Of a stretch of 64,000 nucleotides of DNA, positions 1 through 10,436 are shown piece after piece. The notes under the pieces are model-generated. The model made no database searches. It was given only the letters and a program-made list of their open reading frames with translations, and was not told where the DNA came from. Source of the DNA: an uncultured delta proteobacterium (GTDB lineage: Bacteria > Desulfobacterota > Desulfuromonadia > Geobacterales > DSM-12255); NCBI GenBank assembly GCA_963787125.1, contig CAWBBV010000023.1:64001-128000 (forward strand), read 5' to 3'. The translations under genes and the position numbers were made by a program. The first letter of the stretch is position 1; every line of letters starts with the position of its first letter.

Positions 1-1
1 C

Positions 2-724
2 AGTCTGCTGGAGAGAATCGACGAGCTTGGCTCCATCACCAGAGCAGCCAAAGCTGTCGGCATCAGCTACAAAACCGCCTGGGATATAGTCAACCTTATC
101 AACAACCTGGCGGAACAGCCGCTGGTTGACCGCTCGGCAGGCGGCAAGGGTGGCGGCGGTACGAGTCTGACCGATGCCGGGAAGAAGGTCGTCACCCAGT
201 ATAAAACCATCCAGGAAGAGCACCGCAAATTCCTGGATAATCTGGAAAACAGGCTCGGTGACACCGATGGCCTGTACCAATTCTTAAGGAGGATTTCCAT
301 GAAAGTCAGCGCACGTAACACATTTGCCGGATCAGTTAGCAATATCACCAAAGGGGCCGTTAACGCCGAGGTAACCTTAAGTCTCAAAGGCGGTGTCCCG
401 CTCGTGGCAGTTGTCACCAACGGCGCCATCGACAACCTGGGGCTGAAATCCGGTGCTGAGGCCTACGCCATCGTTAAGGCAAGCTCGGTCATCATCGGCA
501 CTGATCTCCACGATGCCAAAGTCAGCGCCCGCAACATTTTCTGCGGCACGGTTGCCAAAATCATCGAAGGGCCGGTCAACACCGAGGTCGACATTGAAAT
601 CGGCGGCGGTAACACTGTCAGTGCCGTTATCACCCATGAAAGCAGTACTCGGCTGGAGCTCAAGGTTGGCGGTCACGCCTGTGCCCTCTTCAAAGCATCC
701 AGCGTTATCATCGGCGTCAGCTGA
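2..724 (+). CDS. modE: Molybdate-responsive regulator ModE (wHTH + two TOBE/mop domains), 5'-truncated by window edge
   Basis: Frame open from nt 2 (SLLERIDELGSITRAAKAVGISYKTAW...GGKGGGG) and continuous with the 299..724 ORF, which has two SARN...KAS TOBE repeats; lies upstream of modABC. Confidence 0.9.
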   Translation, partial: SLLERIDELGSITRAAKAVGISYKTAWDIVNLINNLAEQPLVDRSAGGKGGGGTSLTDAGKKVVTQYKTIQEEHRKFLDNLENRLGDTDGLYQFLRRISMKVSARNTFAGSVSNITKGAVNAEVTLSLKGGVPLVAVVTNGAIDNLGLKSGAEAYAIVKASSVIIGTDLHDAKVSARNIFCGTVAKIIEGPVNTEVDIEIGGGNTVSAVITHESSTRLELKVGGHACALFKASSVIIGVS

Positions 725-733
725 TAAGATTTT

Positions 734-763
734 AAGGGACACCAACGGCGCTGTCCCTTTTTT
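734..763 (+). terminator. Rho-independent terminator after modE
   Basis: AAGGGACA...TGTCCCTT stem followed by T-run. Confidence 0.7.
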
Positions 764-772
764 GTGGCATAA

Positions 773-796
773 CGTTGTATGCTTTTAACTATAACG
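773..796. promoter_or_regulatory. ModE box upstream of modA
   Basis: CGTTGTAT-N8-CTATAACG resembles the ModE inverted-repeat operator and lies directly upstream of modABC. Confidence 0.7.
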
Positions 797-851
797 AGCC
801 AATTTGATCTTGGTTTCCGAGGCACCAACAACCCGTTTGGAGGTTCATTTC

Positions 852-1595
852 ATGACAGATGTTTTAAAAATGGTAGCAGCCTTGTTTTGCCTGATTCTTG
901 TGGCTACTCCGGTGCTTGCCGCTGATGTCAATCTTTCCGTTGCCGCCAGCCTGAAAGATGTCATCAACGAGCTTGCTGATGGCTATGCCAAAAAACATCC
1001 CGGCGTGAAGTTAGTCAAGAACTACGGAGCATCAGGGGCGCTGGCGAAACAGGTTGAAAATGGAGCTCCTGCCGATATCTTTATTGCCGCTAACCTGGAG
1101 TGGCTGGACTACCTGAAGACCAGGAAGCTGGTTTATCCTGCCAGTATCGGTACCTTTACCACCAACACCCTTGTCTTTGCCGGTGCGCCCGGCAAGGCGG
1201 CTTCGCTGCAGGATTTGCTCAAGCTGGAGAGAATTGCTATCGGTAGTCCCAAAAGTGTCCCGGCCGGTGAGTATGCCATGGAAGCCTTCAAGAAGGCCGG
1301 TATCGATAAGCAATTGGAAAAGAAGCTGGTCATGGCCAGGGATGTGCGCGAATGCCTGATGTATGCCGAGCGTGGTGAAGTTGATGGCGCTTTTGTTTAT
1401 AAAACAGATGCAATGCAGGCGAAACAGGCAAAAATACTGTTTACGGTCCCGCAGAATCTTTATTCACGGATTATCTACCCGCTATCATTGACAGTCTCCG
1501 GGGCGCAGAACAAAGACGCTGTGGCATTCTTTGCTTTTTTGCATGGTGATGAGGCAAAGACGGCACTGGTGAAGTACGGCTTTACTGCCCGATAA
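852..1595 (+). CDS. modA: Molybdate ABC transporter substrate-binding protein
   Basis: Signal peptide, AASL, GASGALAKQVENGAPADIF, VPAGEYA motifs; GGAGG RBS before ATG 852. Confidence 0.95.
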   Translation: MTDVLKMVAALFCLILVATPVLAADVNLSVAASLKDVINELADGYAKKHPGVKLVKNYGASGALAKQVENGAPADIFIAANLEWLDYLKTRKLVYPASIGTFTTNTLVFAGAPGKAASLQDLLKLERIAIGSPKSVPAGEYAMEAFKKAGIDKQLEKKLVMARDVRECLMYAERGEVDGAFVYKTDAMQAKQAKILFTVPQNLYSRIIYPLSLTVSGAQNKDAVAFFAFLHGDEAKTALVKYGFTAR

Positions 1596-1610
1596 CACAC
1601 AAGGTAATTT

Positions 1611-2294
1611 ATGATCTCTTTAGCTGCCACAGATTACGCTGCCATCCGGCTCTCCCTGCAGGTCTCGCTTGCTGCTACCCTGCTGTCACTGCCATTCGGT
1701 TTTGCCTTTGCCTACCTGATCACCTTTGTCAGATTTCGCGGCAAGGTTTTGCTGGAGGTGCTGGTCAATCTGCCCTTGACCCTGCCGCCGGTAGTTGTCG
1801 GTTATTTTCTGCTGCTGCTGCTGGGGAAGCATGGCTGGCTCGGTTCGCTTTTGAACGAAGCGGGCATCCGCATAATATTTACCCTCAAGGCGGCGGTCAT
1901 CGCCTCGGCTGTAGTCGGTTTTCCCCTGCTGGTTCGTTCGCTGCGCATCGGCATGGAGGGGATTGATCCACAACTGATCAACGCGTCCCGAACCCTGGGA
2001 GCACGGTGGTATGATACCCTGCTGACCATAATTCTGCCTCTCTCCGGTCCCGGACTGATTGCCGGTTCGTCGCTGATGTTCGCTCGCAGCCTCGGTGAAT
2101 TCGGCGCGACAATTATTGTCGCCGGCAATATTCCCGGTGTTACCCAGACCATTCCGCTGGCTATTTACGAGTATGCCGGTTCTCCCACCAGCGAAAATAT
2201 GGCTTTGTCGCTTTGCCTGGTTTCGGTGGCCATTTCTGTTGTTGTGCTGTTTCTCCACGAAACGGTGGTAAAGAAAATAGCCCGGAGGGATTGA
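1611..2294 (+). CDS. modB: Molybdate ABC transporter permease
   Basis: LPLTLPPVVVG, FARSLGEFGAT, GNIPGVTQT motifs. Confidence 0.95.
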   Translation: MISLAATDYAAIRLSLQVSLAATLLSLPFGFAFAYLITFVRFRGKVLLEVLVNLPLTLPPVVVGYFLLLLLGKHGWLGSLLNEAGIRIIFTLKAAVIASAVVGFPLLVRSLRIGMEGIDPQLINASRTLGARWYDTLLTIILPLSGPGLIAGSSLMFARSLGEFGATIIVAGNIPGVTQTIPLAIYEYAGSPTSENMALSLCLVSVAISVVVLFLHETVVKKIARRD

Positions 2295-2295
2295 T

Positions 2296-3354
2296 ATGCA
2301 GCTCAGCATGACAACAGCAAAACATTTCAGCGCTTTTACCCTTGCCACAGACTTTACCGTTAGTGGCGACAGGATCGGCGTTTTCGGTGCGTCCGGCAGC
2401 GGCAAGTCGACTCTGGTAAGCATGTTGGCAGGTCTGCTGGAACCGGATAGTGGCGAGATAATTCTTGATGAGGACTGTCTTTTCAGCTCTGCAAGAGGGA
2501 TCAACCTCCGTCCCGAGCAGCGGCGCATTGCCATGGTCTTTCAGCAGCACTGCCTGTTTCCCCACCTGAATGTCAGGAACAACCTGCTTTATGGCTTCAG
2601 ACGCTGCCCGCAGGAACACCGCACCATCGACTTCAACGCCCTGATTGAGGTGCTGCAGCTGGCAGAACTCCTTGATCGCGGCGTCACCAAACTCTCTGGC
2701 GGTGAAAAGCAGCGCGTCGCCCTGGGGCGTGCCATCCTGGCCAATCCCCGCCTGCTGCTGATGGACGAGCCGCTCTCGGCACTGGACGATACGCTGCGCT
2801 TCCAGATCATCCCCTATTTAAAAAGCGTCAGCCTGCAGTTTGGCATCCCCTATCTGTTCATCTCCCATTCACTGGTTGAAATGCGCCTCATGACCGATAC
2901 GGTACTGGCGTTTGAGAAAGGTGCGCTGGTTGCGCAGACTTCCGCCGAACAGTTGGCCCGCAGTACCATGGGGCAAAGTTCAGTCGGGTATATCAACCTG
3001 TTGCAACTCGGGCGGCCATCTCCGGTCGCCGGGCTTTTTGCCTATCCCTGGGGCGCTTCCCGGCTACTGCTCTCGCCCGGATCGGACAGTGACCGGTCTC
3101 TGGCAGAACTCTCCTCAAAAGACATCATCCTCTTCAAGCAGCACCCTGAAGCTATCAGCGCCCGTAATCTCCTCCAGTGCAGTGTGCGCAGTCTGTTCAG
3201 CTCCGGCCGGAAAATCGGCGTGGAGCTGGACTGTGCCGGCAACACACTGATTGCCGAGGTCGTCCAGGATGCGGTCAACGAATTGGGCATAACTGCCGGC
3301 CGCACTATTTACGCCGCTATCAAAGCCTCTGCTTTTAGAATGCTACCCAGCTGA
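2296..3354 (+). CDS. modC: Molybdate ABC transporter ATPase with C-terminal TOBE
   Basis: Walker A GASGSGKS, LSGGE signature, MDEP Walker B, SARN TOBE. Confidence 0.95.
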   Translation: MQLSMTTAKHFSAFTLATDFTVSGDRIGVFGASGSGKSTLVSMLAGLLEPDSGEIILDEDCLFSSARGINLRPEQRRIAMVFQQHCLFPHLNVRNNLLYGFRRCPQEHRTIDFNALIEVLQLAELLDRGVTKLSGGEKQRVALGRAILANPRLLLMDEPLSALDDTLRFQIIPYLKSVSLQFGIPYLFISHSLVEMRLMTDTVLAFEKGALVAQTSAEQLARSTMGQSSVGYINLLQLGRPSPVAGLFAYPWGASRLLLSPGSDSDRSLAELSSKDIILFKQHPEAISARNLLQCSVRSLFSSGRKIGVELDCAGNTLIAEVVQDAVNELGITAGRTIYAAIKASAFRMLPS

Positions 3355-3473
3355 TTAATTGTGCGGCAGTTGCCTGCTTCGTTGGCGCATCCCCCCTTGT
3401 AAATCGACCTTTGTAAACCCCTCTTCTTATCTCATTAATATGTAACTATCAGATATTACGCTATTATTTAAAG

Positions 3474-3490
3474 TTGGCACGGCAAATGCT
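3474..3490 (+). promoter_or_regulatory. sigma54 promoter of nifHDK
   Basis: TTGGCACGGCAAATGCT = GG-N10-GC. Confidence 0.85.
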
Positions 3491-3498
3491 TTAATTAG

Positions 3499-4515
<1,017 letters not shown>

Positions 4516-4525
4516 ATTCAGGGAA

Positions 4526-4587
4526 AGGTAAAGGCAGAGGTAAAGAAAAAGTAAATTCTGAATTTAACATTACCTCTACCTTTACCT
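4526..4587. repeat. Intergenic hexamer-built palindrome (GGTAAA/GGYAGA)n...(TTTACC/TCTACC)n
   Basis: AGGTAAAGGCAGAGGTAA / TTACCTCTACCTTTACCT; a related copy lies at 48258-48314. Confidence 0.6.
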
Positions 4588-4614
4588 CCAACTGCGACTG
4601 ATAAGGAGCGAATT

Positions 4615-6060
4615 ATGTCACATCCAATTAAAACATTACCCGGCATCACCAAAGAATCGACCGAGGAATTGATTGCCAAAACTCTTGAGGGTTATCCAGA
4701 GAAAGCAAAGAAGAAGCGTGCGCCCCATCTGGGCGCTAACGATCAGGGCTCCGGTTGCGCTGCGGTCAAGTCCAACAAGAAGACCGTCCCCGGTGTCATG
4801 AGCGCCCGCGGCTGTGCTTATGCCGGCGCCAAAGGGGTTGTCTGGGGACCGATCCGCGATATGGTCCATGTATCCCACGGCCCGGTCGGTTGTGGCTGGT
4901 ACTCCTGGGGCACCCGCCGTAACCTGATGAGCGGCAAGCTGGGGGTTGATCAGTTCGGCATGCAGTTCACCTCGGATTTTCAGGAAAAGGACATTGTCTA
5001 TGGTGGCGACAAGAAGCTGAAGCAGCTGCTGGTTGAGGCGAAAGAGCTGTTCCCGCTGGCTAAAGGGATCTCGGTTTTGTCCGAGTGTCCGGTCGGGCTT
5101 ATCGGCGACGATATCAACTCTACCGCCCGTCAATCGGCCAAAGAGCTGGATATGCCGATTATCCCCTGCAACTGCGAAGGGTTCCGCGGCGTTTCCCAGT
5201 CGCTCGGGCATCACATCTCCAACGACTCCATCCGTGATTACATCATCGGTACCCGCGAGTTTGTCGAGCCGGCGAGCCCATATGATATTTCCCTTATCGG
5301 TGACTATAACATCGGCGGCGATGTCTGGTCGGCCAAGGCGCTGCTTGAGGAGATCGGCCTCAATGTCAAATCGGTCTGGACCGGCGATGGTGAACTGGAA
5401 AAAATTGCCGCCACCCATACGGTCAAGCTGAACCTGATTCACTGCTATCGTTCCATGAACTACATGTGCAAGGTTATGGAAGAGAAATACGGCATCCCCT
5501 GGCTGGAATTCAACTTCTTCGGCCCGACCAAGATCCGTGAAAGCCTGCGCGCCATCGGCGAGCGCTTTGACCAGAACATTCAGGACAAGGTTGAGCAGGT
5601 TATTGCCAAGTACGATCCGATCATGCAGGCGATTGTGGATGAGTACCGCCCCCGCCTGGAAGGGAAGAAAGTGATGTTGCTGGTTGGTGGCCTCCGTCCA
5701 CGCCACACCATCGGCGCCTATGAAGATCTGGGTATGGAATGTGTCGGTGCCGGCTACGAATTCGCCCATTCGGATGACTATGACCGGACTGCTCCGGAAA
5801 TGCCCAATGCAACCGTCGTTTATGACGATCCGTCCGAGTACGAATTTGAGAAGTTTGCCGATGCCCTGAAACCGGACTTGATCGGCTCCGGCATCAAGGA
5901 AAAGTATGTTTTTCAGAAAATGGGGATTCCGTTCCGGCAGATGCACAGCTGGGATTACTCCGGTCCGTACCACGCTTATCAGGGGTTCTCGGTGTTTGCC
6001 AGAGACATCGATATGGCGGTCAACAGCCCGACCTGGAATCTGGTGAAAAGTCCTTTTTAA
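4615..6060 (+). CDS. nifD: Mo-nitrogenase MoFe protein alpha chain
   Basis: [47 protein letters not shown]. Confidence 0.99.
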   Translation: MSHPIKTLPGITKESTEELIAKTLEGYPEKAKKKRAPHLGANDQGSGCAAVKSNKKTVPGVMSARGCAYAGAKGVVWGPIRDMVHVSHGPVGCGWYSWGTRRNLMSGKLGVDQFGMQFTSDFQEKDIVYGGDKKLKQLLVEAKELFPLAKGISVLSECPVGLIGDDINSTARQSAKELDMPIIPCNCEGFRGVSQSLGHHISNDSIRDYIIGTREFVEPASPYDISLIGDYNIGGDVWSAKALLEEIGLNVKSVWTGDGELEKIAATHTVKLNLIHCYRSMNYMCKVMEEKYGIPWLEFNFFGPTKIRESLRAIGERFDQNIQDKVEQVIAKYDPIMQAIVDEYRPRLEGKKVMLLVGGLRPRHTIGAYEDLGMECVGAGYEFAHSDDYDRTAPEMPNATVVYDDPSEYEFEKFADALKPDLIGSGIKEKYVFQKMGIPFRQMHSWDYSGPYHAYQGFSVFARDIDMAVNSPTWNLVKSPF

Positions 6061-6141
6061 CACGCTGTAGGGGCCCAGCAAACAGCGCCCTTACAAAAAA
6101 ATCTACCGTGATACAGATTGGTATCCGGAGAGGAGTCTACA

Positions 6142-7605
6142 ATGAGCGCAGAAGCCGCTGTCAAATATGTAACTGAAACTACCGAAGCTGAAAAAGAGCG
6201 GGTCGCTGAATGGATCAATACCGAGGAGTACAAGGATCTCAACTTCAAGCGTGAGGCGCTGGTTATAGCACCACCGCACGCCTGTCAGCCGCTGGGCGCC
6301 GAGCTGGTGGCCCATGCTTTTGAGGGTTCGCTCCCCTTTGTGCATGGTTCTCAAGGGTGCGCCTCCTACTACCGCTCCACCCTTAACCGTCACTTCCGTG
6401 AGCCGGCACCGGCGGTGTCCGACTCCATGACCGAAGACGGCGCGGTGTTCGGCGGCCAGAACAACCTGCATGAAGGTCTGGAAAACGCCATTGCCATTTA
6501 CAAGCCGAAGATGGTTTCCATCTTTACCTCCTGTATGCCGGAGATCATCGGCGACGACCTGGTCGCTTTCCTCAAAAATGCCCGCAACAAGGGGATCATA
6601 CCGGAGGGGATGCCGGTACCGTTCGCCAATACTCCCAGCTTTAACGGCTCCCACATCCACGGCTACGATGCCATGCTGAATGCTATTCTCCATACCCTGA
6701 CCGAAGGGAAAAAGGTGGAAGGGCGCTGTACCGGCAAGATTAACCTCATTCCCGGCTTTGACGCCAACACCGGTAACTTCCGTGAATACAAGCGGCTCTT
6801 CGCTGAATTCGGTGTGCCCCTTACCATTCTGGGAGATATTTCCGATGTCTTCGATGCCCCCTGCGACGGCACCTACCACACCTATCCCGGCGGCACCAAG
6901 CTGGACGACGCTGCCGACTCTATCAACGGCAAGGCAACCCTCAGCGTTGGCCCCTACTCGGCAGCCAAGACCTTTGCCTGGCTGAAGGATAATTTCTCCG
7001 GCAAACACTCCGCCATTCCCATGCCGATCGGTATTGCCAAGACTGACGAGCTGATCAAAAAGATTGCCGATCTTTCCGGCAAGCCGATTCCCGAGTCGAT
7101 CAAGAACGAGCGGGGCAGGGCGGTAGACGCCATGACCGACTCCCACCAGTACATGCATGGCAAAAAGTTTGCCCTTTACGGCGATCCGGATCAGCTGATC
7201 GGTTATGTCTCCTTCCTCTTGGAGATGGGGGCGATCCCGTATCACATTCTCTGCAGCAAGGGGAGTAAAAAAGTCGAGAAAGAGATTCAGGCGCTGCTCG
7301 ATGCCTCGCTCTACGGCAAAGGGTGCAAAATTTATATGGGCAAGGATCTGTGGCACATGCGCAGCCTGGTCATGACCGATCCGGTTGATGCCATGATCGG
7401 CGACACCCACGGCAAGTTCGCCTGCCGTGACGCCGGTATACCCCTGTTCCGCTTCGGCTTCCCGATTTTCGACCGGGTCAACAAGCACCGCTACCCGATC
7501 ATCGGCTACCAGGGTGCGATCAATATGGTCACCGAGATCTGCAACAAGTTTATTGATATCAAGGATGAAACCTGTGAGGATCGGTTTTTCGAGATGATGC
7601 GCTAG
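6142..7605 (+). CDS. nifK: Mo-nitrogenase MoFe protein beta chain
   Basis: ACQPLGA, HGSQGC, SMTEDGAVFGG, TSCMPEIIGDD, GFPIFDR. Confidence 0.98.
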   Translation: MSAEAAVKYVTETTEAEKERVAEWINTEEYKDLNFKREALVIAPPHACQPLGAELVAHAFEGSLPFVHGSQGCASYYRSTLNRHFREPAPAVSDSMTEDGAVFGGQNNLHEGLENAIAIYKPKMVSIFTSCMPEIIGDDLVAFLKNARNKGIIPEGMPVPFANTPSFNGSHIHGYDAMLNAILHTLTEGKKVEGRCTGKINLIPGFDANTGNFREYKRLFAEFGVPLTILGDISDVFDAPCDGTYHTYPGGTKLDDAADSINGKATLSVGPYSAAKTFAWLKDNFSGKHSAIPMPIGIAKTDELIKKIADLSGKPIPESIKNERGRAVDAMTDSHQYMHGKKFALYGDPDQLIGYVSFLLEMGAIPYHILCSKGSKKVEKEIQALLDASLYGKGCKIYMGKDLWHMRSLVMTDPVDAMIGDTHGKFACRDAGIPLFRFGFPIFDRVNKHRYPIIGYQGAINMVTEICNKFIDIKDETCEDRFFEMMR

Positions 7606-7657
7606 GAGAGTTATGTTCTCTTGATCTGACGAAAAATTCTTCTTGCAGCGATTTAAA

Positions 7658-7698
7658 TAACATAAGGGCACTCCGGAAACGGGGTGCCCTTATGTTAT
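7658..7698 (+). terminator. Terminator-like hairpin after nifK
   Basis: TAACATAAGGGCACTCCG-GAAA-CGGGGTGCCCTTATGTTA. Confidence 0.7.
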
Positions 7699-7818
7699 GG
7701 TTGTAAAAGAGCAACTTCTTGACTCAATTTGTTATATATGCGAAAAATGTAGAACTTTTTCATGATGAAATGAAATTGTCGAGTCTTTGATGTGAAGATT
7801 ATTTCGTCGGAGTGAACT

Positions 7819-8982
7819 ATGCTGATTACACGTATAAAATTAAAAAACTGGCGGAATTTCAAGAAAGTGGATGTGAATCTGCGCGACCGAGTCTATGTCA
7901 TTGGCCCGAATGCTGCCGGGAAGTCAAACTTTCTTGATGTAATGCGTTTTCTGCGAGATATCGCAAACCCAACTGGAGGCGGTTTGCAAAAAGCCGTGCT
8001 GGATCGGGGCGGAATAACCAAATTACGCTGTCTGCTGGCTCGCAATGACCCGAAAGTCTCTATCGAAGTCGAACTATCTGAAAAAGTAGATACTGATCCT
8101 CTTTGGCGGTATACTCTTGCATTTCGCAGTGAAGGTAAAGGACAGCAGCGGCTCTTAGTGAGTCAGGAGATGGTCATTAATCTGAAGACCAATGCTGTTC
8201 TGTTGGACCGCCCTGACGATAACGATAAGCTGGATATTGATCGTCTGACTCAAACTCACCTTGAGCAAATCAACACAAATAGAGAATTTCGTGAAATATC
8301 TGAATTTTTTGCCAATGTGACTTATCTGCATCTGGTTCCGCAGTTGCTCAAACATGCTGACCAACTGGGGGGGTATCGCATTGAAAACGATCCTTTCGGG
8401 CAGGCTTTTCTTGAAAGGATTGCAAAAACACAAGATAAGGCACAAACCTCCCGCCTTGCTAAAATCGGCGATGTATTGAAGATTTGCGTGCCGAATATGC
8501 GAAATCTACGGTTTAAGCGCGACGAAGTAACCGGTACCCCTCATCTTGAAGCCATGTATGAACACTGGCGGCCCGATGCCGGCTGGCAGAGAGAGGACCA
8601 GTTTTCCGATGGCACACTTCGCCTTCTCGGAATAATGTGGAGTCTGCTGGAGGGCGATTCTCTTTTATTGCTCGAAGAGCCGGAGCTATCTCTTAATGAG
8701 GATATTGTTCGCCAGATTCATAAAATGATATGGAACATGCAGCGTCAGGCGAAGTACCGCCGTCAGGTGTTCATCACTACTCACAGCGAGGCGCTTCTTC
8801 AAGATGAGAGCATCGATGCCCGAGAAGTGATCCGCCTCGAACCAACAAAGGATGGAACAGTTGCACAGGAAACGTCTACTGAAGACCTGGCCCTTGTCGC
8901 GGCCGGTTATACAGTTGCGGAAGTATTGCTACCCAAGACCAGACCGTCACATGTTAATCAGCTTTCCCTGTTCAAACCATGA
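7819..8982 (+). CDS. ABC/SMC-like AAA ATPase (putative defence ATPase)
   Basis: IKLKNWRNF N-terminus, GPNAAGKSN Walker A, SDGT signature, LLLEEPE Walker B, ITTHS H-loop. Confidence 0.85.
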   Translation: MLITRIKLKNWRNFKKVDVNLRDRVYVIGPNAAGKSNFLDVMRFLRDIANPTGGGLQKAVLDRGGITKLRCLLARNDPKVSIEVELSEKVDTDPLWRYTLAFRSEGKGQQRLLVSQEMVINLKTNAVLLDRPDDNDKLDIDRLTQTHLEQINTNREFREISEFFANVTYLHLVPQLLKHADQLGGYRIENDPFGQAFLERIAKTQDKAQTSRLAKIGDVLKICVPNMRNLRFKRDEVTGTPHLEAMYEHWRPDAGWQREDQFSDGTLRLLGIMWSLLEGDSLLLLEEPELSLNEDIVRQIHKMIWNMQRQAKYRRQVFITTHSEALLQDESIDAREVIRLEPTKDGTVAQETSTEDLALVAAGYTVAEVLLPKTRPSHVNQLSLFKP

Positions 8983-9584
8983 CTATTACACCCTCTATTG
9001 TAATTGCCGTTGAAGACGAATTAAGCGGAGCGGTGATGTGCAGGCTGATTTTATTTTCAGGGCGTAATTTTACCATCAACCGTGTTTTCAACGCTCGTGG
9101 CAATGTTCGTTTGAAGTCCGGAATGAACAAATTCCGTGAGGCCAGTCGGGTGCTTCCTCATATTGTCTTGACCGATCTGGACAGTTGCCCTTGTCCGCCG
9201 GAACTAATTGAAAAATGGAACGCCAAACAGTTGCCGTCGCAGTTGCTTTTCAGAATTGCGGTAAGAGAAGTTGAAGCCTGGCTGATGGCCGATAGAGCTG
9301 GAATCGCGGAGTTTCTGCACATAGCTGCCAGTAAGGTTCCTCAGGCGCCAGAGACAGAGGCAGATCCAAAGAGGACATTGATCAATCTTGCCAGGAAAAG
9401 CAGAAAGCGGCGACTGGCTCAAGAGATTGTTCCGGAAGTCGGTTCTTCAGCTAAAATCGGCCCACTTTACAATTCTCATTTTGTCAATTTCGTTAACACT
9501 TGCTGGAACATAGAGCAAGCTCGCTTATGTGCGCCAAGTCTGGACCGAGCGCTAGCCCGCATCGTTACCTTTTTGGCTGAGTAA
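8979..9584 (+). CDS. DUF4276-like TOPRIM-fold protein
   Basis: IAVED...IVLTDLD (E...DxD), VREVEAWLMAD, C-terminal APSL; overlaps the ATPase stop (ATGA). Confidence 0.7.
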   Translation: MTITPSIVIAVEDELSGAVMCRLILFSGRNFTINRVFNARGNVRLKSGMNKFREASRVLPHIVLTDLDSCPCPPELIEKWNAKQLPSQLLFRIAVREVEAWLMADRAGIAEFLHIAASKVPQAPETEADPKRTLINLARKSRKRRLAQEIVPEVGSSAKIGPLYNSHFVNFVNTCWNIEQARLCAPSLDRALARIVTFLAE

Positions 9585-10104
9585 TCAACGGAGAAAGTAC
9601 TAGAAGGCCTCCGGACGATATCGGGTTCGAGTCTGTACGCAGCAACAAACTTGCCGGCCATCAAATTTAACCCATTCTGCCTTCACCCACCCCATATTTC
9701 ACCCCCCTACTTGAAGTCACAGCATAATCATAACAGTTGCTAACTATTGTCAGGTGAACCCTCTGGATTAAATGCTCGCGCTAATAACAAAGGGGAGTGC
9801 AAATGACAAACTCTTCTTTCCCCTGTAATACCGGTCGAAATATTAAAGTCCGGAAGTGACTTCGCTTTAGTTATCGTTACAGTTTTAGATCGGCACTGTT
9901 TCGAGTCAAACATTATTTTTAATTTGACATAAACTTGCAAATATATCTTGATTTAATTTTTTCAGATGGATATTATAAAACAAAAGCAGAACATCGTTAT
10001 CCTCCTAATTAAACCATAGATGGCTGAAAATATTATAATTTAAAGGACAGCTAATTATAAGTAACATTCCAAGTGATGTTTAAAATAACAGTTTTATTAC
10101 TGTT

Positions 10105-10185
10105 TTGACGATAATACTAAACCATTCGCGAGAATGGGGCGGAAAGCCTAATGGGTCTCAAGGAGACAGCCGGGTTGCCGAATCG
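10105..10185 (+). ncRNA. GEMM-I cyclic-dinucleotide riboswitch 1 (GEMM-Ib, 3',3'-cGAMP type)
   Basis: CGATAATACTAAACCATTCGCGAGAATGGGGCGGAAAGCC...GGGTCTC...GAGACAGCCGGGTTGCCG matches the Geobacter GEMM-I architecture. Confidence 0.9.
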
Positions 10186-10211
10186 AACATGATATCGGCC
10201 CCGGCTTTTTT
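10169..10211 (+). terminator. Expression-platform terminator of riboswitch 1
   Basis: AGCCGGG...CCCGGCTTTTTT overlapping the aptamer 3' strand. Confidence 0.7.
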
Positions 10212-10310
10212 GCGGGCTAAATTCAGGGAAAGGGGGTGAGATTGGCTACGTATGGCTATACAAATAAAGCTCGGATTTTTGGAATGGAGTAGCGGTAGTA
10301 CAACCCTGAA

Positions 10311-10399
10311 GTGATAGCCGATAATACTAAACCATCTGCAAGGATGGGGCGGAAAGCCCACAGGGCCTCAAGCAGGCAGCCGGGTTGCCGAAATATCAC
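10311..10399 (+). ncRNA. GEMM-I cyclic-dinucleotide riboswitch 2 (GEMM-Ib type)
   Basis: GTGATA...CGATAATACTAAACCATCTGCAAGGATGGGGCGGAAAGCC...CAGCCGGGTTGCCGAAATATCAC. Confidence 0.9.
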
Positions 10400-10436
10400 C
10401 TAAACTGTCACCCGATATCGGGGGAAGGAAAGGTGA

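Noticed and set aside
299..724. Independent modG/mop gene
   Set aside because: The frame is open upstream into the ModE wHTH; kept only as a possible internal start
765..779. sigma54 promoter for modA (TGGCATAACGTTGT)
   Set aside because: The -12 position is GT rather than GC and the sequence is explained by the overlapping ModE box; cannot be supported
4615..7605. Alternative (V or Fe-only) nitrogenase
   Set aside because: No vnfG/anfG between D and K; HCYRS motif and adjacent mod genes indicate Mo type
4636..7671. Long antisense ORFs (4636..6081, 6103..7671, and similar ones over kdp, the APC gene, nifB and dapF)
   Set aside because: Shadow ORFs of codon-biased genes on the opposite strand, with no recognisable motifs
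9620..9640. tRNA T-arm fragment (GGTTCGAGTC) as an integration att site
   Set aside because: The stem does not pair and no matching second copy was seen
9740..10361. Short minus-strand ORFs 9740..9940 and 10158..10361
   Set aside because: No RBS or motifs; the region is an AT-rich promoter and riboswitch leader
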